Assembly: GCA_040768745.1 (NCBI GenBank)
Contig: JAXGMI010000001.1
Coordinates: 928,001-992,000, forward strand
Reading direction: 5' to 3'
DNA length: 64,000 nt
Source of the DNA: Desulfomicrobium sp.
GTDB lineage: Bacteria > Desulfobacterota > Desulfovibrionia > Desulfovibrionales > Desulfomicrobiaceae
Part shown: positions 1-8,660 of the stretch, in pieces
How the letters are laid out: every line of letters begins with the position of its first letter
Numbering within the stretch: position 1 is the first letter of the stretch
Notes under the pieces: model-generated
The model's database searches: none
Seen by the model: the letters and a program-made list of their open reading frames with translations, nothing else
Told to the model about the DNA's origin: nothing
Made by a program: the position numbers and the translations under genes

Positions 1-546
1 GGCCTTCATGTCGTTGTCGTGGAATTCGCGCTCAAAGGTCTGGGTGTCGGTCTTGATCCCGTACAGAAGGGCCGTGGCCAGGAGCTTTCCCGGCCGCAGC
101 CCGAGGTTGTAGAGATACTCGGTCAGGATGGTCGAATTGGACCCGTATTCGGACACGATTTCCACGTAGTCAGCATCTACGGGCGTGCCCGCCACCTTGG
201 GATGGTGGTCGATGACCAGAGAAAAACGAAACGAGGCGAACTCGGGATGATGATGGGGCTGTGAATCGACCAGGGCAAAGCGGTCATACTGCGCGGCCAG
301 AAGCGGAGTCAGCTTCTTGGTCTGAATGCGCAGAAGGCGGATCATGGCCAGATTGTCCGGCCGGGTGATCTCGTTCACATGGGCAATACCCACCTGATCC
401 ACCCGTCCGGCCAGAATGCGCTTCAGGGCCATCGCCGAGGCCAGGGCATCGGGGTCGGCATTGATGAGAATCAGCCACCGCTCGTTCTTGTTCAACAACT
501 CTTGGAGCTTGACCAGCTTCGGATCGAGCTTGCGAAAGTAGGCCAT
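1..546 (-). CDS. DHH-family phosphoesterase (NrnA-like), 3' end truncated by the window edge
   Basis: Manual translation from ATG at 546: MAYFRKLDPK...INADPDALASA...FALVDSQP...VIDHHP...LYGIKTDT. Contains the DxD, D and DHH motifs. Absent from the ORF track because it has no stop in the window. Confidence 0.85.
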   Translation of the reverse strand, partial: MAYFRKLDPKLVKLQELLNKNERWLILINADPDALASAMALKRILAGRVDQVGIAHVNEITRPDNLAMIRLLRIQTKKLTPLLAAQYDRFALVDSQPHHHPEFASFRFSLVIDHHPKVAGTPVDADYVEIVSEYGSNSTILTEYLYNLGLRPGKLLATALLYGIKTDTQTFEREFHDNDMKA

Positions 547-553
547 GACCCTC

Positions 554-1069
554 TCACTTGAATTTTTTGGCCAAACCGGCAACCACTAAATACACGCTTG
601 CGCTGACCCTGGCAATTTCACGGTTGAGCTGTCCCAGGTTGCGGACAAAAGTGCGCATGGGGCCGTCCAGGGCAAGCGGACCCAGACCCATCTCCGTGGA
701 TACCAGAATGAGCCGCGGACCTCTCCAGCCCTCCAGCACCTCCAGCAGGTCAGCCCCTCGCGCCTGCCTTTGCGGCTCCAGGTCCAGGTTGTGCATGACC
801 GAAAACATCCAGAAATCAAGGCTGTCCACCAGAATGCCGCCAGCCCGGACCGACAGGTCCAGCAACACCTCGGGCAGTTCCGTGTCGACCTCCACGATTT
901 CGATTTTCCTGTCCCTGTTCAAACGGTGATCCTGAATCTGAGCCCGAAAGGCCTGGTCCCGGGACCTGCCTGTGGCTACCATGACCCAGGGTCGGGGTGT
1001 CTGGGACAAAAGCTCCAGCCCGAAATCCGATTTGCCGGACTTGTTCCCGCCCAGGATCAGCTCAACCAT
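554..1069 (-). CDS. cobU: Bifunctional adenosylcobinamide kinase / cobinamide-phosphate guanylyltransferase
   Basis: LILGGNKSGKS P-loop, I..HR..R, LVDSL, VSTEMGLG, LG.LN..IA, VYLVVAGL. Confidence 0.9.
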   Translation of the reverse strand: MVELILGGNKSGKSDFGLELLSQTPRPWVMVATGRSRDQAFRAQIQDHRLNRDRKIEIVEVDTELPEVLLDLSVRAGGILVDSLDFWMFSVMHNLDLEPQRQARGADLLEVLEGWRGPRLILVSTEMGLGPLALDGPMRTFVRNLGQLNREIARVSASVYLVVAGLAKKFK

Positions 1070-1781
1070 GGTCCATGCCCCATTCGGAAAGCCAGCTTTT
1101 CAAAAGCATGAGTGAATTCTCCAGGCTGGGCAGGTCAAACACCTCCACCACCAGCGCACAGCCCCGCCCCAGACGGGCCAGAATATCATGCAGCAGCGAG
1201 GGGTCGGGCAGGCAGTCCAGCCCGAGATGCCCTGAGGAATTCTCCCCACCATAGACGTGCAGGATGCGGATCCGTTCGAAAATCCCCGGCAAATCCAGGA
1301 TATGCTCCTGCCCGTAGCTGACAAGATGACCCAGATCCAGACACACACCCAGGTCCAGATCCGTGATTTCCCGCCAGAGCGCGGCCAGATCATCCTGCCG
1401 CGTATTTTCCAGGCAAAGCCGGGCAGAGATCTCTGGACGTAAAGAAAGCAGGGCTTCAAGCTGTGCTGCTCCGGGCGGATGCAGCACATAGTGGCGAGGG
1501 CGCAAAAAGGCAATTTTCTCCTCCAGGGCCAGGATCGTTGCGGACACACCCGCCGCGCCGCCATCCCAGGGCAAATCCAGGGGGAGATGGACATGGAAGG
1601 AAAGCCCCAGGCTTGGCAGGTCCAACGGCAGATCTCTCTGGTCGTAGGCCAGACAACCCGCTGTCTCCAGGAACATGAGCCCTACCTCGTCGACGCGCCC
1701 GGCCAGAACCCGGCAATTGGGTCCCACCCGATCAGCAATGACGCAGGATGGAGCGGCCAAACGAAAAGTTTTACCGGTCAA
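1062..1781 (-). CDS. cbiR: AP-endonuclease-2/TIM-barrel protein, probable cobamide-remodelling phosphodiesterase (CbiR-like)
   Basis: FRLAAPS, DEVGLMFLE, FHVHLPLDL, VLHP, LEN, CLDLGHL, LHV...H..L, VVEVF. Lies directly upstream of cobU. TTG start at 1781 overlaps the upstream stop (TTGA). Confidence 0.7.
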   Translation of the reverse strand: MTGKTFRLAAPSCVIADRVGPNCRVLAGRVDEVGLMFLETAGCLAYDQRDLPLDLPSLGLSFHVHLPLDLPWDGGAAGVSATILALEEKIAFLRPRHYVLHPPGAAQLEALLSLRPEISARLCLENTRQDDLAALWREITDLDLGVCLDLGHLVSYGQEHILDLPGIFERIRILHVYGGENSSGHLGLDCLPDPSLLHDILARLGRGCALVVEVFDLPSLENSLMLLKSWLSEWGMDHG

Positions 1782-4700
1782 AACAGGCTCAGCTGCCGTT
1801 CGCTGCGGCGGACATGACGCTTGAGGGCGCTTCTGCGGATCATGTCCTGGGGGAGTTTGCGGACCAGGGAGGACAGGCTCAGTTTGAGGGTTTTGCCGAA
1901 GACCCTGCGACTCGCACAATGGCTCATGAAGAGCATGGTTTTGGCCCGGGTCAGGCCTACATAGAAAAGACGGCGCTCTTCCTCCAGGTCCAGTCCTCCG
2001 TCCGCTCCGGGCTTGCCCAGCAGCATGTCCATCCCGGCAAAAGGCAGAATTCCCTCTTCCAGGCCCGGCAGAAAGACCGCCTCGAACTCCAGGCCCTTGG
2101 CCCCGTGCATGGTCATGACCTGCACCTTCTGGGCCTTGGCCCGGACTGCGCAGAGTTCCGTCTCCAGGCGAACCATATTCATCAGGCCACGCCAGCCCGC
2201 GCAGGTCTGAAAGGCCTTGACCAGATCCAGAAACGGCTGGCTCTTCCAGAAGAGTTCGTCAAAAGGCGCTGTTTGCCCCAGGAAGACGGCCATGCCCAGG
2301 GGTCCCTTTTCCACCACGCTTTCGGGGCAGGCTGGGATTTCCTCTCCAGGCGTGTCGGGCATGCCCAGGACATTGCCGGCAATGCGCAGCAGGATATCGA
2401 CCCTGGCGTCCATGAAGAACGGCTCCTCCTCCGGCACGGACACAGGAATTCCTGCCCCGTGCAGGGCTTTTGCAATGGGAGGGATGAGGGCCTTGAGCCG
2501 AACCAGAACGGCAATGTCACCTGGGGCCAAAGTTCCGCCTTCCTGCGCATCGGCCTGCCAGTGTCCGGTTCCGCCCAGCAGTTCACGGATCCGCCCCGCG
2601 ATCCAGTCTGCCTCCTGTTCCGCGGTCTGGGCCTCGAACAGGAAAATGGAGGCGGCATGGCTTTTCTGGGCCACCAGGGTTTCCTTGTCCGTCAGCAGCC
2701 TTGCGCTCAAACCCAGAATCTGCTGGGCCGAACGGTAGTTGTGGATGAGCCGGATGCGCTTTAATTCCGGCCAGCTGACCTTGAGCCTGGCCTCCACATC
2801 GCGGCTCGCCCCGCGAAAGGCGTAAATCGCCTGATTGGGGTCGCCGATGGCGAAAAATCCGTGTCCGTTCCTGGGGGCCAGACCCATGACCAGGCCAAGC
2901 TGCAGGGGTGAAAGGTCCTGGACTTCGTCCACCAGGACATGATCAAAGGCCGGGCTGTACTGTCCGAGTTCCAGGTGCTCGAGCCAGAACTCCAACAAGT
3001 CGGTGTAGTCCACCAGATTGAAACGGGCCTTGTGGTCCAGATAGCGCCTGGTCTGCTCACCCGGAACCCGCACCCCGCGTTCACGGGCCAGGGATTGCTC
3101 GTTCCAGGCCGTTTTCAAGGCCTTGCCCGCAAGTCCGGGGTTGGCCGCCCCGAAAAGGCGGCGGGCACTTTCCTCCGAAAGAAGGGTGGGCGGCTCGCCC
3201 ATGACCTGGGTCCAGTACTCCAGGGCCAGGGCGTGCAGGGTGTCTGCCTTGGGCACGTCAGCGCCAGGAGGCAGCATGTGCTGAAGGCGGTCTTTGAGTT
3301 CCCTGGCCGCCTTGCGGGTAAAGGTCAGGATGATCATGCGTCCGGGCTCGCCCCCTTGTTCCACCAGATGCCGAACCCGGCCCGTGAGGGTCTGGGTCTT
3401 GCCCGTGCCCGGGCCGGCCAAAACCAGGACAGGACCTGGGCCGGCCAGAATGGCCGCGAGTTGCATCTCGTTGGGCGCGGTTGTTTCGCTTTCTCCCTTT
3501 TCCTCCAGCGCCGCAAAGGGTCTGCGCCATCGCTGCCCGTCCTCCTCGGTGTTCCTGCCCGGACCCTGGGCCAGGGCCAGCATACGGCCATGCCTGAATT
3601 CCAGCAGTTCCTGGGGGCTGAACATGGATATGCGTCCGAACTCCCCGTCATAGCCTGAATGCCGATGAACCATACCTTGGCGCATCCTGCGCACTGCTTC
3701 GCCCAGGATCCTGGACGACCGGCTCAGGTCCTCCACGGGAATGACCCGCAATATGCTCAACTCCGAACTGAACTGGCGCAGCAGGTCGCTGTACATGCGC
3801 AGCACTTTCTTGGTTCCGGGCGCTGCTCCCAGGATTTCACCCAGCATTTCTGGCAGGGGAACCAGGGAACAGTACCCTGGATGCTTCGCCGGCCGGAGGG
3901 GTGAGGGCCGGTCCGCAAGCTCGAAGACACGGTTCAGGACCCCGACGGTCAGGGGCTTTGCGCAGACAGGACAGACCCCTCCATGACGTCTGGTCTCCCG
4001 TGGTTCCAGCATGACCTTGCACTTTCTATGTCCGTCGAGATGGTATTTCCCCTCTTCGGGATAGAATTCCAGAGTCCCTTGGTACAGCGTTCCCCCATCC
4101 TCACGGCGCAGGGCCTGCCGCAGTCCCGTATAGGAGATGTCCCCGGAAAAGATCGTGGCCTCGCGGCCCAGCTTTTCCCCGGAATGGGCATCAGAATTGG
4201 ACACCAGGGTGAAACGATCCAGGGCGCTCCACAGCCAGTTCATCTCCGGGTCCGACGACAGGCCGGTTTCCAGGGCAAAAATCTCGGTACTCAGATCTCC
4301 GAAACATTCCTCCACCGTATCGAATCCGGATTTGGATCCGAACAGGGAAAACCACGGGGTCCAGATATGAGCCGGAATGAGGAAAGCCAAGGGATCTGTT
4401 TCCAGAACCATTTCCAGAAGATCGCGGGCATCAAGACCAAGGATGGGTCGGCCGTCCGAGGCGAGATTGCCGACTTCGGCCAGACGGGTCGTGAAGCGTT
4501 TGGCAGCGTCCAGACCCGGCATGAAGACCAGGTTGTGGATTTTCCTGACCTTGCCGCCTTTTTTGTAGATGGAACTGATCTCAGTGCACAGGATGAATCG
4601 CGTGCCCCTGGACAGGTCAGTGCCTCCGTACCAGGGCAATTCCTGCTCCAGGGCCCTTTCGTCCTGCAGCCGAAACAGACCGTTTTCCTCAGCCACAAGC

Positions 4701-4867
4701 TGACTTTCAATGATTTCCATCCATCCCGGATGGGTGAAATCTCCGGTGGCCAGAAGGTCGATGCCCTTGACAGCGGCCCAGGCCGCCAGGTTCCGCGGCG
4801 TCAGATTCTTGCTGGTGGCTCGCGAAAACTTGGAATGGATGTGCACGTCGGCGATAAACGTCTTCAC
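1778..4867 (-). CDS. Endonuclease Q-like PHP/Zn-finger nuclease fused to a UvrD/Rep SF1A helicase, with a C-terminal clamp-binding motif
   Basis: N-terminus: DVHIHSKFS, TGDFTHP, PAHIWTP, ETGLSSD, NSDAHS, GKYHLDGHRKC..CPVC. C-terminus: AGPGTGKT, TFTRKAA, LVDEVQD, GDPNQAIY.FRGA, NYRS, TMHGAKGLEF, EERRLFYVGLTRAK. Ends in QLSLF. Confidence 0.9.
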   Translation of the reverse strand: MKTFIADVHIHSKFSRATSKNLTPRNLAAWAAVKGIDLLATGDFTHPGWMEIIESQLVAEENGLFRLQDERALEQELPWYGGTDLSRGTRFILCTEISSIYKKGGKVRKIHNLVFMPGLDAAKRFTTRLAEVGNLASDGRPILGLDARDLLEMVLETDPLAFLIPAHIWTPWFSLFGSKSGFDTVEECFGDLSTEIFALETGLSSDPEMNWLWSALDRFTLVSNSDAHSGEKLGREATIFSGDISYTGLRQALRREDGGTLYQGTLEFYPEEGKYHLDGHRKCKVMLEPRETRRHGGVCPVCAKPLTVGVLNRVFELADRPSPLRPAKHPGYCSLVPLPEMLGEILGAAPGTKKVLRMYSDLLRQFSSELSILRVIPVEDLSRSSRILGEAVRRMRQGMVHRHSGYDGEFGRISMFSPQELLEFRHGRMLALAQGPGRNTEEDGQRWRRPFAALEEKGESETTAPNEMQLAAILAGPGPVLVLAGPGTGKTQTLTGRVRHLVEQGGEPGRMIILTFTRKAARELKDRLQHMLPPGADVPKADTLHALALEYWTQVMGEPPTLLSEESARRLFGAANPGLAGKALKTAWNEQSLARERGVRVPGEQTRRYLDHKARFNLVDYTDLLEFWLEHLELGQYSPAFDHVLVDEVQDLSPLQLGLVMGLAPRNGHGFFAIGDPNQAIYAFRGASRDVEARLKVSWPELKRIRLIHNYRSAQQILGLSARLLTDKETLVAQKSHAASIFLFEAQTAEQEADWIAGRIRELLGGTGHWQADAQEGGTLAPGDIAVLVRLKALIPPIAKALHGAGIPVSVPEEEPFFMDARVDILLRIAGNVLGMPDTPGEEIPACPESVVEKGPLGMAVFLGQTAPFDELFWKSQPFLDLVKAFQTCAGWRGLMNMVRLETELCAVRAKAQKVQVMTMHGAKGLEFEAVFLPGLEEGILPFAGMDMLLGKPGADGGLDLEEERRLFYVGLTRAKTMLFMSHCASRRVFGKTLKLSLSSLVRKLPQDMIRRSALKRHVRRSERQLSLF

Positions 4868-6495
4868 GGTGAATCCTGCGTCTCCGTCCCCTTCCTCCCG
4901 GAAGGCTGCTCCTGGGTCAGTACGGCTCGGACTCCGCCATCGGGACCGTCCAGCAGTTCCAGAAAAGCTCCGTTCTGGACGGCAAGGCGGCGGGCAATGG
5001 CCAATCCCAGACCGGAACCCAGGGCTTTGGTGGTCACAAAAGGATCAAAGCACCTGCCCCGCACAGTCGGGTCCAGACCTGGCCCGTTGTCATCGACGAC
5101 CACTTTTCTTTGGCCTGAATCCCTCATATCTGCAATGGAAATGACTGGCTTTTCCCGTCCTTGCAGAGCCTGCAGGGCATTTCCCAACAAGTTGATCAGT
5201 ATCTGATGAAGGTGGTCCCTGTCGAACAGGTACGGCTCGGGGCCAACATCGACTTGGACGCGCACCATAGGGTGCTGCAGTCGAAATGACATGAGCACGT
5301 GCTCGATCTCCTGTCCCAGATCAAGAGGTTCAGGCCTGGCCTCCCGGGGCCGGGCAAAGATCAGAAAATCCTTCAGCAGAAAATCCAGGCGATCGATGTC
5401 CCGCACGATGACCCGCGCCAGCCTGTCGGAGACCTCCTGGTCCATGTCCCCGGAAAGCAGAAGCTGGAGGCTGGCCTTGATGCCAGCCAAGGGATTTTTC
5501 ATTTCGTGCGCCAAGCCGGCGGCAAGCTCGCCCACGCTGGCCAGTTTCTCCATCTCCTTGACCTGGTTTTCCAACCTCTGCACGTCGGTGATATCCGAAA
5601 AAAGAATGAGCCAACCCTGCTGGGCAGGCAGCTGGGTTATCTTGAATCCGAAAATGACGTTCCGTTTCTGACTCGTGACCGTGTTGCGGCGCAGGCTGAT
5701 CTGGCCGCGGTCTTCCCAGAAAGGCGAAAACTCGGGAAAGAAATGAACGAATGAACGGCCGATAATCTTCGAGCGATGAGATTCAGACGTCCATACCAGG
5801 GCAGTCTGGTTGATGGTCGTTATGATGCCCTGCTGGTCCACAACCATGAGTCCTGCGTCAAGCCAGTCGAAAACCCGGAACTGGAGCTCCTTGGCCCGTT
5901 GCAGAACACTCTCCTGTTCAATGACTCTGTTGAGGAGCTTGCGCTCTTGAGCTCCGCTCAATTTGACCAGGCTGTTGATCAGAACGAGGGCCACCGTCAG
6001 CATGCTGAAGTTGTAGGCCAGGTCCGAGCCGCGGACATGTATTTCACCCCAGTATCGGGGAAAATAGAACTGGACGCAGGAAATGAGAAAGATGGTGATC
6101 CAGACCAGGATGGAGGACAGGAAAATGGTCCGCATCCCCAGCATCCGACCGTAGAAAAAAAGGGCCAGCATGTAGAGGAAGGAAAATCCGCTGAACGAGC
6201 CCCCAGTCAGAATCACCCACCAGGTGATCAGAAACAGATCGGCCAGGATTTGCACGCGGAAGAGGACAATGGAGCCAAGGAACCGGAAGGTCAGGACCAG
6301 ATAGAGAATGCCGAGACAGAACCCGGTCACAAAAAAGGCAATGTATTGGACATCCCGGTAATATTCGAAGCGCATTCCCCGGTCCGTCAGATTGAAGAAC
6401 TCGGAGAAGGTCAAGAGCAGGAGAAAAACCATGATTCCCAGCCGAATCATGGAGCATTTCAGAAAAAAGGACCGGAATTCCGCCGACGAGGTCAT
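4864..6495 (-). CDS. Membrane sensor histidine kinase (PilS-like: multi-TM, PAS, HisKA, HATPase)
   Basis: About 6 TM segments, PAS-like region, LAAGLAHEMKNPL H-box, NLLGNA, DDNGPG, FDPFVTTK..GSGLGL. Start taken at ATG 6495, 1 nt after the upstream stop (ORF-track start 6549). Confidence 0.85.
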   Translation of the reverse strand: MTSSAEFRSFFLKCSMIRLGIMVFLLLLTFSEFFNLTDRGMRFEYYRDVQYIAFFVTGFCLGILYLVLTFRFLGSIVLFRVQILADLFLITWWVILTGGSFSGFSFLYMLALFFYGRMLGMRTIFLSSILVWITIFLISCVQFYFPRYWGEIHVRGSDLAYNFSMLTVALVLINSLVKLSGAQERKLLNRVIEQESVLQRAKELQFRVFDWLDAGLMVVDQQGIITTINQTALVWTSESHRSKIIGRSFVHFFPEFSPFWEDRGQISLRRNTVTSQKRNVIFGFKITQLPAQQGWLILFSDITDVQRLENQVKEMEKLASVGELAAGLAHEMKNPLAGIKASLQLLLSGDMDQEVSDRLARVIVRDIDRLDFLLKDFLIFARPREARPEPLDLGQEIEHVLMSFRLQHPMVRVQVDVGPEPYLFDRDHLHQILINLLGNALQALQGREKPVISIADMRDSGQRKVVVDDNGPGLDPTVRGRCFDPFVTTKALGSGLGLAIARRLAVQNGAFLELLDGPDGGVRAVLTQEQPSGRKGTETQDSP

Positions 6496-6496
6496 T

Positions 6497-7258
6497 TCAG
6501 GATTCTTGTCCACAATCCGTGGGATCTCCCTGCAGTTTTTCGATGGCATGCCTGAGTGCCGGCAGGACTGCCAGCAGGTTTTCCCGCACTGCCTTGGGAC
6601 TGCCTGGCAGATTGAGGACCAGGGATTCTCCCATGATGCCGGCCACGGCCCGGGAAATCATGCCATGCGGGGTTTTGACCAGGGAAGCTTGGGTCATGAC
6701 CCGCTCGAATCCTTCCAGACGCTTGTCCAGCAAGGGAAGCGTGACTTCCGGAGTGATATCGCGCGGTCCTATGCCCGTTCCACCAGTGGTGACAACAAGG
6801 TCAAACTTCTGTTCCAGACAGAAGTCCACCAGTGCAGCCTTGAGCTGACACCCTTCATCCGGAATGACCACCCCGGAGGCCAGGGAAAGATTTATGGCTT
6901 CTGCCACAACGTCCCTGATGGTCGGACCGCTTTTGTCCTCCCGTTCGCCTCGCGAGCCCTTGTCGCTCAGGGTCACCCACGCCAGACTGAATCCTCCTCT
7001 GGACACGGTGGCAGAAAACTCCCCTTTGTTCATCGCCCCGCTCACCGTGCGACAAATCCAACCTAATTGGGACAGATCACCCTCGTCGGCCAACCTGATC
7101 CTGGTCAAACACTGCATCTCACAGTTTCCGTCGCGGATCACCATACCGGCCCGCAAAGACGGAATCTGGTCCACAAATGCCTGGGCCAGGACGTGATCCC
7201 GTCCAAGACTTAAAACAAACTGCCCGGCAACCGTATCTCCCTTCCAGACAATGCGCAT
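6497..7258 (-). CDS. mogA: MogA/MoaB molybdopterin adenylyltransferase with an N-terminal extension
   Basis: TLSDKG..G.REDKSGP, TTGGTGIGPRDITPE, SRAVAG, NLPGSPKAVRE. Start uncertain (ATG 7258). Confidence 0.85.
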   Translation of the reverse strand: MRIVWKGDTVAGQFVLSLGRDHVLAQAFVDQIPSLRAGMVIRDGNCEMQCLTRIRLADEGDLSQLGWICRTVSGAMNKGEFSATVSRGGFSLAWVTLSDKGSRGEREDKSGPTIRDVVAEAINLSLASGVVIPDEGCQLKAALVDFCLEQKFDLVVTTGGTGIGPRDITPEVTLPLLDKRLEGFERVMTQASLVKTPHGMISRAVAGIMGESLVLNLPGSPKAVRENLLAVLPALRHAIEKLQGDPTDCGQES

Positions 7259-7421
7259 ACCTGCCTCATTTCTTTTTTGGTCCACCATTCTGGTCTGTTT
7301 TTGCCTACCAAAGCCCTTCCCTGTTGTCATTACACGCCAGGACCCAAGGCTGACCCCTTGTCCACAACACCGCTCTTGATTACGTGTTCTGAAACACCAT
7401 CCACACCAAGGGGGGTCGATC

Positions 7422-8300
7422 ATGAAAGGAATAATTCTGGCAGGGGGTTCCGGCACGCGGCTGTACCCTCTTACCCTGGCCACAAGCAAACAGCTTCTGC
7501 CGGTTTACGACAAACCCATGATCTATTATCCCCTGTCCATTCTTCTTCTGGCCGGGATCCGCGACATCCTGATCATCTCGACACCCGCTGATCTGCCCCG
7601 TTTTCGTGAGTTGCTCGGAGACGGACACCAGATCGGCGTGCGCATTTCCTATGCGGTGCAACCTTCCCCTGACGGACTTGCTCAGGCCTTTGTGCTGGGC
7701 GAGGATTTCATAGGCAACGATTCCGTCTGTCTGGTCCTGGGGGACAATATCATCCACGGGGTTGGACTGTCCGCTGTCCTGGAACGCTGCATGAAACTGC
7801 GCATGGGAGGAATCATCTTCGGCTATCTGGTCAAGGATCCAGAGCGCTACGGAGTGGTAGAATTCGATCATACGGGAAAGGTGGTCAGCATCGAGGAAAA
7901 GCCAGCAAAGCCAAAATCAAAGTTTGCCGTTCCAGGCATCTATTTCTACGACAACGACGTGATCAACATTGCCAAGCATCTGAAACCCTCGCCCAGAGGG
8001 GAACTGGAAATAACGGATGTGAACCGCGAATATCTCCGGAGGGGTACACTGCAAGTGGAACTTCTGGGCCGGGGATACGCCTGGCTCGACGCCGGAACAC
8101 ACGAATCCCTGCAGCAGGCCGGGAGTTTCGTCCAGGCTATCCAGGATCGGCAAGGTTTCAAGATCGCATGCATCGAAGAAATCGCCTACCGCAAGGGCTT
8201 CATCTCCGGCCAAGAACTCGTGGCCCTGGCCGCCAGATTCAGCAAGAATGACTACGGGTCCTACCTTGCGGATATTGCTGCAGCGGATAAATTATTTTAG
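7422..8300 (+). CDS. rfbA: Glucose-1-phosphate thymidylyltransferase
   Basis: [64 protein letters not shown]. Confidence 0.96.
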   Translation: MKGIILAGGSGTRLYPLTLATSKQLLPVYDKPMIYYPLSILLLAGIRDILIISTPADLPRFRELLGDGHQIGVRISYAVQPSPDGLAQAFVLGEDFIGNDSVCLVLGDNIIHGVGLSAVLERCMKLRMGGIIFGYLVKDPERYGVVEFDHTGKVVSIEEKPAKPKSKFAVPGIYFYDNDVINIAKHLKPSPRGELEITDVNREYLRRGTLQVELLGRGYAWLDAGTHESLQQAGSFVQAIQDRQGFKIACIEEIAYRKGFISGQELVALAARFSKNDYGSYLADIAAADKLF

Positions 8301-8660
8301 TTCATTATTTCAATAAATTATTTAAATTATGTACAGCTGTGGAAAAATGCTTCACACACCTGTTTCTGATGTTCTCAAATCCGGACATCATAAGGTCGGA
8401 AGAACAAAGAACCTGTTCATGCTGCCTGTCCCTTTTATTAATAAAATAATAATCTCAAAATATTGTTACACAAAAGAACAAAACGGAAGTCGTAATAATG
8501 AACTATAACCCTTTTTCTTTTTGGCCATAAAAAATGACAGGCACAGTTTGTCCCTCATTTCTTAAATATTGAACTCACACCACAAGTCCAGTACAGAAGA
8601 CCTGTTCTAAAATTCCAAATAATTTCAATACGATTTAAAAATTAGGAAAGTGAGGAATCC
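8287..8660. other. Probable replication origin (oriC): AT-rich 13-mer repeats plus DnaA boxes
   Basis: Tandem 13-mers ATAAATTATTTTA / GTTCATTATTTCA / ATAAATTATTTAA (8287-8325), then TTATGTACA (8327-8335) and TGTGGAAAA (8338-8346) in opposite orientation, plus TGTTACACA (8464-8472). GC skew and dominant gene orientation flip across this region. Confidence 0.7.

Noticed and set aside
7422..8300. rmlA as the edge of a polysaccharide island
   Set aside because: No rmlBCD or glycosyltransferase cluster adjacent; it is a lone gene in core context.
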